From positions 297,497 through 329,496 of the forward strand of contig NZ_CM001976.1 of NCBI RefSeq assembly GCF_000406145.1: a stretch of DNA of 32,000 bases, given 5' to 3'. Made by a program: the position numbers and the translations under genes. Origin of the DNA: Dickeya dadantii NCPPB 898 (GTDB lineage: Bacteria; Pseudomonadota; Gammaproteobacteria; Enterobacterales; Enterobacteriaceae). The notes below the pieces were generated by a model. That model saw nothing but the letters and a program-made list of their open reading frames with translations. It did no database searches and was not told the DNA's origin. Within the stretch, counting starts at the first letter, position 1, and each line of letters begins with the position of its first letter. Below are positions 1 through 10,294 of this stretch, one piece after another.

Positions 1-356
1 GGGTCAAAACCGGCATCAGCGGCTTCTCGCAATTAGGGCTGGTGGAGATGACGCGCAAGCGCACCCGTGAGAGCATAGAACATGTGTTGTGCAGCGAGTG
101 TCCTACCTGTCACGGCCGCGGGTCGGTAAAAACCGTGGAAACCGTATGCTATGAAATCATGCGCGAAATCGTGCGTGTGCACCATGCCTATGACTCCGAC
201 CGCTTCCTGGTTTACGCTTCACCGGCGGTGGGCGACGCATTGAAAAGCGACGAGTCGCATGCGCTGGCGGAAGTGGAGATTTTCGTCGGCAAGCAGGTCA
301 AGGTGCAGATCGAACCCCTGTACAGCCAGGAACAGTTTGATGTGGTCATGATGTAA
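1..356 (+). CDS. rng: Ribonuclease G, C-terminal fragment (5' end lies outside the window)
   Basis: Frame 3 is open from the window edge (VKTGISGFSQLGLVEMTRKRTRESIEHVLC..CPTCHGRGSVKTVETVCYEIMREIVRVHHAYDSDRFLVYASP...EQFDVVMM*). It matches my recollection of the E. coli RNase G C-terminus almost residue for residue. TAA at 354-356. Confidence 0.93.
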   Translation, partial: VKTGISGFSQLGLVEMTRKRTRESIEHVLCSECPTCHGRGSVKTVETVCYEIMREIVRVHHAYDSDRFLVYASPAVGDALKSDESHALAEVEIFVGKQVKVQIEPLYSQEQFDVVMM

Positions 357-365
357 GGTCATGCC

Positions 366-404
366 GCCCGCCGCCGCAACCGGCAGGCGGGCTTTTCTCT
401 GTTT
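366..404 (+). terminator. Rho-independent terminator candidate after rng
   Basis: GC stem GCCCGCC (366-372) pairs with GGCGGGC (386-392), followed by TTTTCTCTGTTT. Confidence 0.6.
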
Positions 405-448
405 AAGGTTTTCGCTCGTCGCCGGTGACGAACAACGAGGAGACATGT

Positions 449-3400
449 GTGAGGCGACTGCCCGGCATAAAGCGATTGCCCGGAATAGCAGCAGCGACGG
501 GCGCCATTCTGATTGTTCTGGCCGCGCTGCTGGTCAGCGGCCTGAGAATGGTGCTGCCAACGCTGGATACTTTCCGGCCACAGGTCGTGGCCTGGGCGCA
601 GTCCGTCACCGGCTTGCCGATGGAGGTGGAAAGCCTCAGCGGCAGTTGGGAAACCTTTGGCCCCACGCTGGATATCACCAACCTGCGTATTCATCATCCG
701 GACGCCGAGTGGCAGTCGGAGCGTATTTCGGTGGCGCTGGATGTCTGGCAGTCGCTGCTGCATCTGAAGTGGAAGTTCCGCGATCTCACGTTTTATCACC
801 TGCAAGTAGACATCAAAACCCCGATCGACCCCGATCGACAGCGTTCCCGTACCTGGGAGCCGGATCAACTCGGTTCGCTGTTCCTGCGGCAGTTCGATCA
901 TTTCGATCTGCGCAATAGCCGCATCCGTTTTCTGACCCCGGCGGGTACCCAGGCCGAGTTACAGATTCCCCAACTGACCTGGCTGAACGGCAAAAACCGC
1001 CACCGGGCGGAAGGGCAGATTAGCCTGTCGAGCTTCAATGGTCAGCACGGCGTGGTGCAGCTGCGCATGGATTTGCGTGATGAGCAGGGCTGGCTGAATA
1101 ACGGCGTGGTTTATTTACAGGCCGACAACATCGACATGAAACCGTGGCTGGGCCGCTGGATTCGCAACAACACCGGGCTGGAGAGCGCCAATTTCAGCCT
1201 CGCCGCCTGGTTACAGGTGCGGGAAGGCGATATGTACGGCGGCGATCTGTTGCTCAGTCAGGGCGACGCCAGCTGGCGCGACGGCGACACGCTGCACCGG
1301 CTGGGGATTAACGGCATGACGCTGCACGCCAGCCGCTACCAGAACGGCTGGCAACTGGATGTGCCGGCGCTGAACCTGTCCACCGATGGCGTCGACTGGC
1401 CGAAAGGGCAGTTGTCCGCGCTGTGGCTGCCGGCGGACACCCAGTTGCTGGGGCCGGACCGTTTGGCCGAGTTACGCATTCGCGGTCGTCATCTGGCGCT
1501 GGAACGCCTGGGGCCGTTGCTGCCGTTGCTAAGTACCGCCACGCCGGAACTGAAAACCCGCTGGCAGGCACTGCAGCCGCAAGGCCAACTGACCGCGCTG
1601 GCGCTGGATATCCCCTTGCAGCAGCCGGAGCAGACCCGCTTTCAGGCGAGCTGGCAGGATGTCGGCTGGAAAAACTGGCAATTGCTGCCGGGTGCCAACC
1701 ATGTTTCCGGCGAGGCGGCCGGCAGCCTGGCGCGCGGGCGGGTGCGGGTGAATCTGGCGCAGAGTACGTTGCCGTATCAGGATATGTTCCGTGCGCCGCT
1801 GGATATCCGGCAGGCGGACGCCACGCTGGACTGGCGTAGCGACTCTCAGGGTTGGGAACTGTGGGGACAAGGGTTGGACGTGCGCTCCCGTTCGCTGTGG
1901 GCCAACGGCGATTTCCGCTATCGTCATCCCGCTCAAGGTGAGCCCCGGCTGGATATTCTGGCCGGGATTCGACTTGGCGATGCCGCCGATGCCTGGCGTT
2001 ACTACCCCGAACCCTTTATGGGCAAGGATCTGGTGAATTACCTGACCGGCGCCATTAAGTCGGGTCAGGTGGACAATGCCACGCTGGTGTTCGCCGGTAA
2101 TCCGGCGCAGTTCCCGTTTGAACATCAGGAAGGGCAGTTCCAGGTTTGGGTGCCGCTGGAAAAATCGCGTTTCGAATTCCAACCCGGTTGGCCGGCGCTG
2201 GATAATCTGAATATCTCGCTGAATTTCCTTAACAACGGCCTGTGGATGTCGGCGCCGCATGTCATGCTGGGCGATGCCGAAGGGCGCAACGTCAATGCCG
2301 TTATCCCAGACTACAGCAAAGAGACGCTGCTGATTGACGGCGACATCAGCGGAAGCGGTAAAGAAGTGAGCGATTACTTCGACCAAACGCCGCTGAAAAG
2401 CTCGCTAGGCGGCGCGCTAACACAGATTCAGATTGGCGGGGAGGTTCAGGGCAACCTGCATCTCGACATCCCGCTCAATGGCGGGCTGGTGAAGGCCAGC
2501 GGTGACGTGGCGCTCAACAATAATCATTTGTTTATCAAGCCGCTGGATGTGTCGCTCCAGTCCGTCAGCGGGGCATTTCATTACGATAACGGCAATCTTT
2601 CCAGCCAGACGCTGCAGGGGCGCTGGCTCGAACAACCGCTCATCTTCAACTTCTCGACGCAGGAACAGGAAAAAGCGTTTCTGGTCAATGTCGGATTGCA
2701 GGGGAACTGGGCGGCGTCGCGCCTGCCGGAGTTGCCCAAACCGGTAGCGGCGGCGCTGAATGGCAATGCCAGCTGGCAGAGTACGGTACAGGTCACGTTG
2801 CCGCATCAGGGGCCGTCCAGTTATGACGTCACAGTACAAGGCGACTTGAAGGAAGTGAGCAGTCGCTTACCTTCTCCGCTGAATAAGGCCGGAGGAGCGG
2901 CGCTGGGTCTTCAGGTCAGCGCCAAAGGGGACGAGCGCGGTTTCTCGCTTACCGGTTCATTGGGAAAAAGCCAGTCTTTCAACAGTCAGTGGCTGCTTAA
3001 AGACAACAAAGTCATGCTGACGCGAGCCGCCTGGCAGGAAGGGGCGAAACCCCCGCCGCTGCCCGATGATTCGTCGCTGACGCTGGCGCTGCCGCCGCTG
3101 GACGGCGAGCGCTGGCTGGCGCTGCTGCCCGGCGTGCGCAACGCCGTGTCGGCACAGGCCGGAGCCAGCCGTTTTCAGTGGCCGGATCGGGTGACGCTGA
3201 CCACGCCGGAGCTGAAAATACTCGGTCAGCAGTGGCATGACCTGATGTTTACCAGCCGCAGCCAGAACGGCGGCAGCGAAATCACCGCCGCCGGCAGGGA
3301 AATCGATGGTCGCCTGCTGATCCCGACGTCCGGGCTGTGGCGCGGCGATGTGCGCTATCTTTATTACAATCCGCAGTGGCAAGGGGACGATGCCACCAAC

Positions 3401-4303
3401 CCGGCGGCGCTGGCGGAGAAAAAATCGCCGCTCAACGATCCCAGTATTCGCTTTGAAGACTGGCCGGCGCTGCAGTTCGACTGCCGTGAATGCTGGCTAA
3501 TGGGGCAAAACGTCGGGCAGGTGAAAGGCACGCTGCAACCGGAACCCAACAAGCTGGTGCTGGCCAACGGGCTGGTCGACAACGGTAAGGCGAAGCTGAC
3601 GCTGGACGGCAGCTGGCAGGAAAGCGGCGAAGGCACCCGCACCGCGATCAAAGGGCAGTTGTCCGGCGGCAGCCTGAGCGACAACGCCGACTGGCTGGGG
3701 CTGGCGACGCCGTTGCGCGCCGGCGCGTTCAAGATCGACTATGACCTCTACTGGCACGGTTCGCCGTGGGCGCCGCATATTCCGAGCCTGAGCGGGATTC
3801 TGAAAACCGATATCGGCAAGGGCGAGATCGTCAACGTCGGCACCGGTCAGGCCGGGCAATTATTACGGCTGGTGAGTTTCGATGCGCTGCTGCGTAAGCT
3901 ACAGTTTGATTTCAGCGACACCTTCGGCAAAGGCTTTTACTTTGACTCGGTTCGCAGCACGGCGTGGATAAAAGACGGCGTGTTGCACACCGATAACCTG
4001 CTGGTGGACGGCCTTGAAGCAGATATCGCCATGAAAGGCGACATCGACCTGGTGAAACGCGAGCTGTCGATGGAAGCGGTGGTGGCGCCGGAGATTTCCG
4101 CCACCGTCGGCGTGGCGACCGCCTTTGCGGTTAACCCAGTCATCGGGGCGGCGGTGTTTGCCGCCAGCAAGGTGCTGGCGCCGCTGTGGAGTAAAATTTC
4201 CCTGATTCGTTACCACATTTCCGGTAGTGTGGATCAACCAAAGATTCAGGAAGTAGTGCGTGAACCGCAAAAAGCCAAAGCCGCCGAGGCGGCGGGCCAG
4301 TAA
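449..4303 (+). CDS. yhdP: YhdP, large AsmA-like inner-membrane-anchored protein implicated in phospholipid transport to the outer membrane
   Basis: The 1292-aa ORF (425..4303) is colinear with E. coli YhdP (about 1266 aa). The N-terminus VRRLPGI..GAILIVLAALLVSGLRMVLP resembles E. coli MRRLPGILLLTGAALVVIAALLVSGLR. I prefer GTG 449 because GAGGAG (437-442) lies 6 nt upstream; the ORF-track GTG 425 has no comparable SD. Confidence 0.92.
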   Translation: MRRLPGIKRLPGIAAATGAILIVLAALLVSGLRMVLPTLDTFRPQVVAWAQSVTGLPMEVESLSGSWETFGPTLDITNLRIHHPDAEWQSERISVALDVWQSLLHLKWKFRDLTFYHLQVDIKTPIDPDRQRSRTWEPDQLGSLFLRQFDHFDLRNSRIRFLTPAGTQAELQIPQLTWLNGKNRHRAEGQISLSSFNGQHGVVQLRMDLRDEQGWLNNGVVYLQADNIDMKPWLGRWIRNNTGLESANFSLAAWLQVREGDMYGGDLLLSQGDASWRDGDTLHRLGINGMTLHASRYQNGWQLDVPALNLSTDGVDWPKGQLSALWLPADTQLLGPDRLAELRIRGRHLALERLGPLLPLLSTATPELKTRWQALQPQGQLTALALDIPLQQPEQTRFQASWQDVGWKNWQLLPGANHVSGEAAGSLARGRVRVNLAQSTLPYQDMFRAPLDIRQADATLDWRSDSQGWELWGQGLDVRSRSLWANGDFRYRHPAQGEPRLDILAGIRLGDAADAWRYYPEPFMGKDLVNYLTGAIKSGQVDNATLVFAGNPAQFPFEHQEGQFQVWVPLEKSRFEFQPGWPALDNLNISLNFLNNGLWMSAPHVMLGDAEGRNVNAVIPDYSKETLLIDGDISGSGKEVSDYFDQTPLKSSLGGALTQIQIGGEVQGNLHLDIPLNGGLVKASGDVALNNNHLFIKPLDVSLQSVSGAFHYDNGNLSSQTLQGRWLEQPLIFNFSTQEQEKAFLVNVGLQGNWAASRLPELPKPVAAALNGNASWQSTVQVTLPHQGPSSYDVTVQGDLKEVSSRLPSPLNKAGGAALGLQVSAKGDERGFSLTGSLGKSQSFNSQWLLKDNKVMLTRAAWQEGAKPPPLPDDSSLTLALPPLDGERWLALLPGVRNAVSAQAGASRFQWPDRVTLTTPELKILGQQWHDLMFTSRSQNGGSEITAAGREIDGRLLIPTSGLWRGDVRYLYYNPQWQGDDATNPAALAEKKSPLNDPSIRFEDWPALQFDCRECWLMGQNVGQVKGTLQPEPNKLVLANGLVDNGKAKLTLDGSWQESGEGTRTAIKGQLSGGSLSDNADWLGLATPLRAGAFKIDYDLYWHGSPWAPHIPSLSGILKTDIGKGEIVNVGTGQAGQLLRLVSFDALLRKLQFDFSDTFGKGFYFDSVRSTAWIKDGVLHTDNLLVDGLEADIAMKGDIDLVKRELSMEAVVAPEISATVGVATAFAVNPVIGAAVFAASKVLAPLWSKISLIRYHISGSVDQPKIQEVVREPQKAKAAEAAGQ

Positions 4304-4349
4304 CTGCGGTCTGGTTATCCGATGACATTGACAATAAGAGTGACATTCT

Positions 4350-5795
4350 ATGAGTCTGACATTTGTCAGTGAGCAATTACTCACAGCCAATAAACTGAGC
4401 CATCAGGATTTACAGTCCGTTTTAGGCACGTTGAGTGAGCGGCGTATCGACTACGCCGACCTGTATTTTCAGTCAAGCTATCACGAGTCCTGGGTGCTGG
4501 AAGACCGCATCATCAAGGACGGTTCTTATCATATCGATCAGGGCGTGGGTATCCGGGCCATCAACGGCGAGAAGACCGGTTTTGCCTACGCCGATCAGAT
4601 TACGCTCAATGCGTTGCAGCAAAGCGCGCAGGCCGCGCGCAGCATTGTGCGCGAACAGGGCAACGGCGCGGTCAAAACGCTGGGCGAAGTGCCGCATCGC
4701 GGCCTGTACCCGCAGGCCAATCCGCTGGATAGCCTGACGCGCGAAGAGAAGATCGCGCTGTTGCAACGGGTTGACGCTACCGCCCGCGCGGCGGATGCGC
4801 GTGTGCAGGAAGTCACCGCCAGCCTGACCGGCGTGTATGAGCTGATTCTGGTGGCCGCCACCGACGGTACGCTGGCGGCGGATGTGCGCCCTCTGGTGCG
4901 GTTGTCCGTTAGCGTGCTGGTGGAGGAAGACGGCCGTCGTGAACGCGGTTCCAGCGGCGGCGGCGCGCGTACCGGCTACGATTATTTCTGGCAGCAGGCG
5001 GATGGCGAAGTGCGGGCGGAAGCCTGGGCCAAAGAGGCGGTGCGCATGGCGCTGGTCAATTTGTCCGCCGTGGCGGCGCCGGCTGGGTCGATGCCGGTGG
5101 TGCTGGGGGCTGGCTGGCCGGGCGTGCTGTTGCACGAAGCGGTCGGTCACGGTCTGGAAGGCGACTTCAACCGCCGCGGCACCTCGGTGTTCAGCGGTCA
5201 GGTGGGCAAGCTGGTGGCGTCCGAACTGTGCACGGTGGTGGATGACGGCACGCTGGAAGGGCGTCGCGGTTCGCTGGCGGTGGATGACGAAGGCGTGCCC
5301 GGCCAGTACAACGTGCTGATCGAGAACGGTATTCTCAAAGGCTACATGCAGGACAAACTGAACGCCCGTCTGATGGGCGTCGCGCCGACCGGCAACGGCC
5401 GCCGCGAGTCTTACGCCCATCTGCCGATGCCGCGTATGACCAACACCTACATGCTGGCGGGTAAATCCACCCCGGAGGAGATCATCGCCAGCGTGGATTA
5501 CGGCTTGTACGCGCCGAACTTCGGCGGCGGCCAGGTGGATATCACCTCCGGCAAGTTCGTGTTCTCTACCTCCGAGGCGTACCTGATCGAGAACGGCCGC
5601 GTCACCAAACCGGTGAAGGGCGCGACGCTGATTGGCTCCGGCATTGAAGCCATGCAGCAGATCTCAATGGTCGGCAACGATCTGGCGTTGGATAGAGGCG
5701 TCGGGGTGTGCGGCAAGGAAGGGCAAAGCCTGCCGGTCGGCGTCGGTCAGCCGACGCTGAAGCTCGACAACATTACGGTGGGCGGCACCGCCTAA
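4350..5795 (+). CDS. tldD: Metalloprotease TldD
   Basis: 481 aa, the same length as E. coli Tld[12 protein letters not shown]...[22 protein letters not shown]... The HExxxH motif [13 protein letters not shown] and the C-terminus [12 protein letters not shown] are conserved. Confidence 0.97.
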   Translation: MSLTFVSEQLLTANKLSHQDLQSVLGTLSERRIDYADLYFQSSYHESWVLEDRIIKDGSYHIDQGVGIRAINGEKTGFAYADQITLNALQQSAQAARSIVREQGNGAVKTLGEVPHRGLYPQANPLDSLTREEKIALLQRVDATARAADARVQEVTASLTGVYELILVAATDGTLAADVRPLVRLSVSVLVEEDGRRERGSSGGGARTGYDYFWQQADGEVRAEAWAKEAVRMALVNLSAVAAPAGSMPVVLGAGWPGVLLHEAVGHGLEGDFNRRGTSVFSGQVGKLVASELCTVVDDGTLEGRRGSLAVDDEGVPGQYNVLIENGILKGYMQDKLNARLMGVAPTGNGRRESYAHLPMPRMTNTYMLAGKSTPEEIIASVDYGLYAPNFGGGQVDITSGKFVFSTSEAYLIENGRVTKPVKGATLIGSGIEAMQQISMVGNDLALDRGVGVCGKEGQSLPVGVGQPTLKLDNITVGGTA

Positions 5796-5858
5796 GCCGC
5801 TGCGCGATAAGCGTTAATGGGTTAGTTGTTGTGTTATTCGTTGTCGCGTTAATCGTTC

Positions 5859-5884
5859 AATCAGGCCGCCTGCGCGGCCTGATT
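5859..5884. terminator. Bidirectional hairpin between convergent tldD and aaeR
   Basis: AATCAGGCCGC (5859-5869) pairs with GCGGCCTGATT (5874-5884) around a 4-nt loop, followed by TTATTTC on the plus strand. The right arm touches the aaeR stop codon. Confidence 0.65.
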
Positions 5885-6828
5885 TATTTCTGCTGCGGCT
5901 CGGCCTGCGAATGTTCCTGCCGGTATCCCTGATAAATCAGCGCCACCTTGTTGAAATACTCGGTCAGGTAGTTGATGCACACCTGTACTTTCAGCGGCAG
6001 GTTGTCGCGGCGGGTGTAGAGCGCGTACACCGGGCGCGGGTCCGAATGATAACGCGGGAATAGGATCTCTATTTCGCCGCGTTTGATCTCTTCAAATACC
6101 CACATTAGCGGCACATAGGCGATGCCGGCGCCGTTTTTCAGCCAGCGAATCAGCGTGACCGGGTCGTTGGTGACGAAGCGCCCTTGCGGCGTTAGCCGGG
6201 TGGTGATGCCTTCCGGCGCTATCAGCTCAAATTCGCTGTCCGGGCGGACGCTGTATTCCAGCCAGGACACGTTACTCACGTCAGCGGGTTTTTCCGGCGA
6301 GCCGTGCTGCGTCAGGTAGCTTCTGGCGGCGCAGACCACCATCGGCATGGAGCCGAGACGGGTGCTGTACAGGCTGGAGTCCTGTAGCGCGCCGACCCGG
6401 ATGACGATGTCCAGCCCGTCGGCGATCAGGTCCGGTGCCGGAATGCCGCACACCAGATTGACCGACAGCCCTGGGTATTCTTTCAGCATGTCGGTGGTCA
6501 TATTCGCCAGCACGTTTTGCGCCATGGTAGAGGAACTGCCGATGCGCAGCGTACCGATCGGGGTGTTGTTGAACGCATATAACTGCTCATGCACTTCCTG
6601 CGCTTCGTGCAACATGCGGCGGCAGCCGTGGTAGTAAATCCTGCCGGCTTCCGTCAGCCCGATGCTACGGGTGCTGCGGTTGAGCAATTTCACCTGCAAT
6701 TCATCTTCCAGCCGGGTAACCGTCTGGCTGACGGCGGATACGCTCATCTGCAACTGACGGGCGGCGGCGGTGAACGAGCCGAATTCCACCACTCTGGCGA
6801 AGACCGACATGCTCTTTAATCGTTCCAT
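5884..6828 (-). CDS. aaeR: LysR-family transcriptional activator of the aaeXAB efflux operon
   Basis: 314 aa. MERLKSMSVFARVVEFGSFTAAARQLQMSVSAVSQTV... is nearly identical to the E. coli AaeR N-terminal HTH region. It sits divergent from aaeX as in E. coli. Confidence 0.93.
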   Translation of the reverse strand: MERLKSMSVFARVVEFGSFTAAARQLQMSVSAVSQTVTRLEDELQVKLLNRSTRSIGLTEAGRIYYHGCRRMLHEAQEVHEQLYAFNNTPIGTLRIGSSSTMAQNVLANMTTDMLKEYPGLSVNLVCGIPAPDLIADGLDIVIRVGALQDSSLYSTRLGSMPMVVCAARSYLTQHGSPEKPADVSNVSWLEYSVRPDSEFELIAPEGITTRLTPQGRFVTNDPVTLIRWLKNGAGIAYVPLMWVFEEIKRGEIEILFPRYHSDPRPVYALYTRRDNLPLKVQVCINYLTEYFNKVALIYQGYRQEHSQAEPQQK

Positions 6829-7166
6829 TGTTAATCCTGGCTTAAAAGTGATTTAGATCACACTACGTAGATAACACAATAATAACGTTTCATAATATAG
6901 CCTGTCTGACTACAACTCGCAGGCCTGATTACCCATCCTGTCTGCCGTGGTCGTTCCGAAGGGTTTAAAAACGCTGATTTAACGCCGCAAGCGATATCTA
7001 TTAAATCAGAGCCCGCCATCGTGATTATTCAGTTAAAGCTGTGTCTTTTACCCGCCGGCGGCGATGCCGACGGGAATGGGTGTTTACCTCATCTTCCCCG
7101 TCTCCGACACACAAGGTTGCTGATGCGAGCGACGGGCGGCGTGATGGTGAAAATAAGGAAAAGAGG

Positions 7167-7370
7167 ATGAATTCACTCCCGGTCATGGTGCTGTTCGGCC
7201 TGTCGTTCCCGCCGGTGTTTTTTGTGCTGCTGATAACGCTGGCGCTGTTTTTTATCTGTATCCGACTGCTGCATCCCACGGGCATTTACGATCGGGTCTG
7301 GCACCCGGCTCTGTTTAATACCGCGTTGTTTGTCTGCCTGTTCTATCTGCTGTTTCGTTTCGGTCTTTGA
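7167..7370 (+). CDS. aaeX: Small membrane protein AaeX
   Basis: 67 aa from ATG 7167 ([22 protein letters not shown]...[31 protein letters not shown]), matching the length and sequence of E. coli AaeX. AAGAGG SD at 7161-7166. The longer ORF-track start at 7041 is not supported. Confidence 0.9.
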   Translation: MNSLPVMVLFGLSFPPVFFVLLITLALFFICIRLLHPTGIYDRVWHPALFNTALFVCLFYLLFRFGL

Positions 7371-7377
7371 GGTTGTT

Positions 7378-8325
7378 GTGAAAGCATCTGTTGTGAAAGT
7401 GATGATCAAAAAATTCAGCCGCATGGCGATCACGCTATTGCTGGTGTTGCTGGCTGCGGTAGCGCTGGTGCGCGTATGGTCGTTTTACACCGAATCTCCC
7501 TGGACCCGCGACGCCCGTTTCAGCGCCGATGTGGTGGCGATCGCCCCTGATGTCAGCGGCCTGCTGACCGATGTGAACGTGCAGGATAACCAGCCGGTGA
7601 AGCAGGGCGATGTGCTGTTCGTGATTGACCAGCCACGTTATCAGCAGGCACTGGAACAGGCGCAGGCGGACGTGGCCTACTATCAGGCGCTGGCTGATGA
7701 GAAAAAGCGGGAATCGGCGCGCCGTCAGCGTCTCGGCGTGCAGGCGATGTCGCGGGAAGAGATTGAACAGTCCGGCAATGCGCTGCAAACCACGCTGCAT
7801 CAACTGGCGAAGGCGCAGGCGGAGCTGGAACTGGCGAAGCTTGATCTGGTGCGTACGGTGGTGCGTGCCCCGGCCGATGGCTGGATAACCAACCTGCATG
7901 TGCATGCCGGCGAATACATTACCCGCGGCGCCACTGCGGTAGCGCTGGTGAAAAAGGATTCGTTCTACCTGCTGGCCTATATGGAAGAAACCAAACTGGC
8001 GGGCGTGCGTCCCGGCTATCGGGTGGAAATCACCCCGCTGGGCAGCAACCAGATTCTGTTCGGCGCGGTAGATAGCATCGCCGCCGGGGTAACCAACAGC
8101 AGTAGCTCCGCCGATACCAAAGGGCTGGCGACGGTGGATTCCAATCTGGAGTGGGTGCGGCTGGCGCAACGGGTGCCGGTAAAAATTCGCCTCGAACAGC
8201 AATGGGGCGACCTGTATCCGGCCGGGACCACCGCCACGGTAGTGGTGACCGGTGAGCATACCCGCAACACCAAGCCGATGTCGCCGTTACTGCAACTGTT
8301 GCATCGCCTGCGCGAGTTCGGTTAA
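7378..8325 (+). CDS. aaeA: p-Hydroxybenzoic acid efflux pump, membrane-fusion subunit AaeA
   Basis: [42 protein letters not shown]...HRLREFG is colinear with E. coli AaeA (310 aa). The start is uncertain. GTG 7378 has GAGG 5 nt upstream. GTG 7393 best matches the E. coli N-terminal length. ATG 7402 is also possible. Confidence 0.9.
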   Translation: MKASVVKVMIKKFSRMAITLLLVLLAAVALVRVWSFYTESPWTRDARFSADVVAIAPDVSGLLTDVNVQDNQPVKQGDVLFVIDQPRYQQALEQAQADVAYYQALADEKKRESARRQRLGVQAMSREEIEQSGNALQTTLHQLAKAQAELELAKLDLVRTVVRAPADGWITNLHVHAGEYITRGATAVALVKKDSFYLLAYMEETKLAGVRPGYRVEITPLGSNQILFGAVDSIAAGVTNSSSSADTKGLATVDSNLEWVRLAQRVPVKIRLEQQWGDLYPAGTTATVVVTGEHTRNTKPMSPLLQLLHRLREFG

Positions 8326-8335
8326 GCGAGCGTCT

Positions 8336-10288
8336 ATGATGAACAGTCCCGCGTTTTTGCGCCTGCGGTTTGCCTTCAAACTCAGTACGGCTATCGTGCT
8401 GTCGCTGGTGCTGGGGTTTCATCTGCAACTGGAAACCCCGCGCTGGGCGACGCTGACCGCCGCGATTGTGGCGGCCGGCCCGGCTTTCGCCGCCGGCGGC
8501 GACCCGTTTTCCGGCGCGATTCGTCACCGTGGCATGCTCAGGGTGATCGGCACCTTTATCGGTTGTATCGGCGCGCTAGTTATCATCATCGCCACGGTGC
8601 GCGCGCCGGTGGTGATGCTGATGCTGTGCTGCCTGTGGGCGGGCGTCTGCGTCTGGATATCGTCGCTGGTAAAAGTGGAAAACGCCTATGTGTTCGCGCT
8701 GGCGGGCTACACGGCGCTGATCATCATTGTGACCAGCCAGAGCGCGCCACTGCGCATTCCGCAATTTGCCGTCGAGCGTTGCAGTGAAATCGTGCTGGGA
8801 ATCGTCTGCGCCATTCTGGCCGACCTGCTGTTTTCGCCACGTTCTATAAAACAGGATATCGATCGGGCGGTGAATGAGTTGTTGGTGGGGCAATATCAGT
8901 TGCTGCAACGCTGCGTGAATGGCATGACGAAAGAGGAGCTGGACGCCGCGTGGAACGGGCTGGTGCGTAAAACGCACGCCATCAACGGCATGCGCAGCGT
9001 ATTGATGATGGAGTCATCCCGCTGGCAGGGCGCCAACCGCCGGATAAAAACGCTGTTGACCCAATCCTGGATCATGATCACCCAGGCGTGCGAAACCCGG
9101 CTGACACTGCAGGATCATCCCGATGCCGTCAAAGGCGCGATTGCTATGATGCTGGAACAATCGGCGGATACCCCGGCGGAAATGCAGCGGCGTTTGCGAC
9201 AGCTGCGTCATCTGGCGGCCGCGCACAGCCGCAGCCTGCCGCCGACGCTGGTGAGCTGGCTGGCGGCGGCGGCCCGCTATCAACTGCTGGCGAAAGGTGT
9301 GAGAACCAACGTGCGCATCAGCCAGAGCGAAGCGGCGTTACTGGATGCCGACGTGCCGGTGAAAGCCAGCTCGGCGGAAACCCATCACGCCATGATCAAC
9401 GGCGTGCGTACCGGTGTCGCCACCGCGCTGGGGTGTCTGTTCTGGCTGCTTACCGGTTGGACATCCGGTAGTGTCTGCATGGTGATGATTGCGGTGGTGA
9501 CCTCGCTGGCGATGCGGCTGCCCAATCCGCTGATGGCGGCGAAGGACTTTTTGGTCGGCACATTGGTGGCGCTGCCATTAGGCGCCGTGCTGTTCATGAT
9601 GGTGCTGCCATCCACCCAGCAAAGCCTGCTGTTGTTGTGCCTGAGTCTCGGCGGCGTAGCGTTTGTGATCGGCATTGAGGTGCAGAAACGGCGGTTGGGG
9701 TCGCTGGGCGCGCTGGCCAGCACCATCAACATTCTGGTGTTGGATAACCCGATGACCTTCAACCTGGCACAGTTTCTCGATAACGCCATCGGGCAGATTA
9801 TCGGTTGTTTTCTGGCGCTGATCGTCATTCTGCTGATTCGGGACAATACCCGCGACCGCACCGGGCGCACGCTACTTAACCGGTTTGTGTTCGGCGCGGT
9901 GTCGGCGTTGTCGACCCGTCCGGCCCGGCGGCGGGAGAATCACCTGCCCGCGTTGTATCAGCACCTGTTTTTGCTGCTGAACCTGTTTCCGGGGGAAATC
10001 GGTAAATACCGGCTGGCGCTGTCGCTGATCATGATGCATCAGCGCCTGCGGACGCTGGAATTGCCGGTCAGCCCCAGCCTGTCCGCTTTTCACCGCCAGA
10101 TGCGGGCGACGGCAGAACAGGTGATTGACGCTACCCGCGACCGCAGTCACCATTTTTCCCGGTTGCTGGCGCAGATGGACGAGTATCAGCACCTACTGCG
10201 CGACCATCAGGTATCGGATGACGCGATTGATGCGGTTGGCCGCCTGACCGCGCTGTTGCATCGTCACAAACATGCGCTCGGCGACTGA
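8336..10288 (+). CDS. aaeB: p-Hydroxybenzoic acid efflux pump, inner-membrane subunit AaeB
   Basis: 650 aa from ATG 8336 ([55 protein letters not shown]...), colinear with E. coli AaeB (655 aa). Confidence 0.93.
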   Translation: MMNSPAFLRLRFAFKLSTAIVLSLVLGFHLQLETPRWATLTAAIVAAGPAFAAGGDPFSGAIRHRGMLRVIGTFIGCIGALVIIIATVRAPVVMLMLCCLWAGVCVWISSLVKVENAYVFALAGYTALIIIVTSQSAPLRIPQFAVERCSEIVLGIVCAILADLLFSPRSIKQDIDRAVNELLVGQYQLLQRCVNGMTKEELDAAWNGLVRKTHAINGMRSVLMMESSRWQGANRRIKTLLTQSWIMITQACETRLTLQDHPDAVKGAIAMMLEQSADTPAEMQRRLRQLRHLAAAHSRSLPPTLVSWLAAAARYQLLAKGVRTNVRISQSEAALLDADVPVKASSAETHHAMINGVRTGVATALGCLFWLLTGWTSGSVCMVMIAVVTSLAMRLPNPLMAAKDFLVGTLVALPLGAVLFMMVLPSTQQSLLLLCLSLGGVAFVIGIEVQKRRLGSLGALASTINILVLDNPMTFNLAQFLDNAIGQIIGCFLALIVILLIRDNTRDRTGRTLLNRFVFGAVSALSTRPARRRENHLPALYQHLFLLLNLFPGEIGKYRLALSLIMMHQRLRTLELPVSPSLSAFHRQMRATAEQVIDATRDRSHHFSRLLAQMDEYQHLLRDHQVSDDAIDAVGRLTALLHRHKHALGD

Positions 10289-10294
10289 GCCTGA

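Noticed and set aside
359-918. Three overlapping ORFs (180 aa, 185 aa and 92 aa) around the rng-yhdP junction
   Set aside because: They are out of frame with or antisense to the conserved yhdP 5' region, have Arg/Gly/Ala-rich composition, and cross the rng terminator.
4473-5420. A 315-aa minus-strand ORF inside tldD. Similar long antisense ORFs lie at 1529-2386 (yhdP), 7435-8259 (aaeA), 16775-17494 and 17119-17730 (rpoN), 20894-21712 (kdsD), 26664-27527 (murA), 12648-13262 (pmbA) and 22875-23483 (mlaF 5' region).
   Set aside because: All lie opposite or out of frame to genes with unambiguous full-length homology. Their compositions are Arg/Ala/Gly/His-rich, typical of antisense translation of GC-rich DNA. 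None has a credible start context.
7041-7166. An N-terminal extension of the aaeX ORF (109 aa in the ORF track)
   Set aside because: Homology to the 67-aa E. coli AaeX begins exactly at ATG 7167, which has a strong SD. The upstream extension is Arg-rich and non-hydrophobic.
7144-7170. A tiny upstream ORF (MVKIRKRG) whose TGA overlaps the aaeX ATG (ATGA)
   Set aside because: It is only 8 codons and has no SD of its own. The purine-rich stretch it covers is simply the aaeX ribosome-binding region, so this is most likely coincidental.
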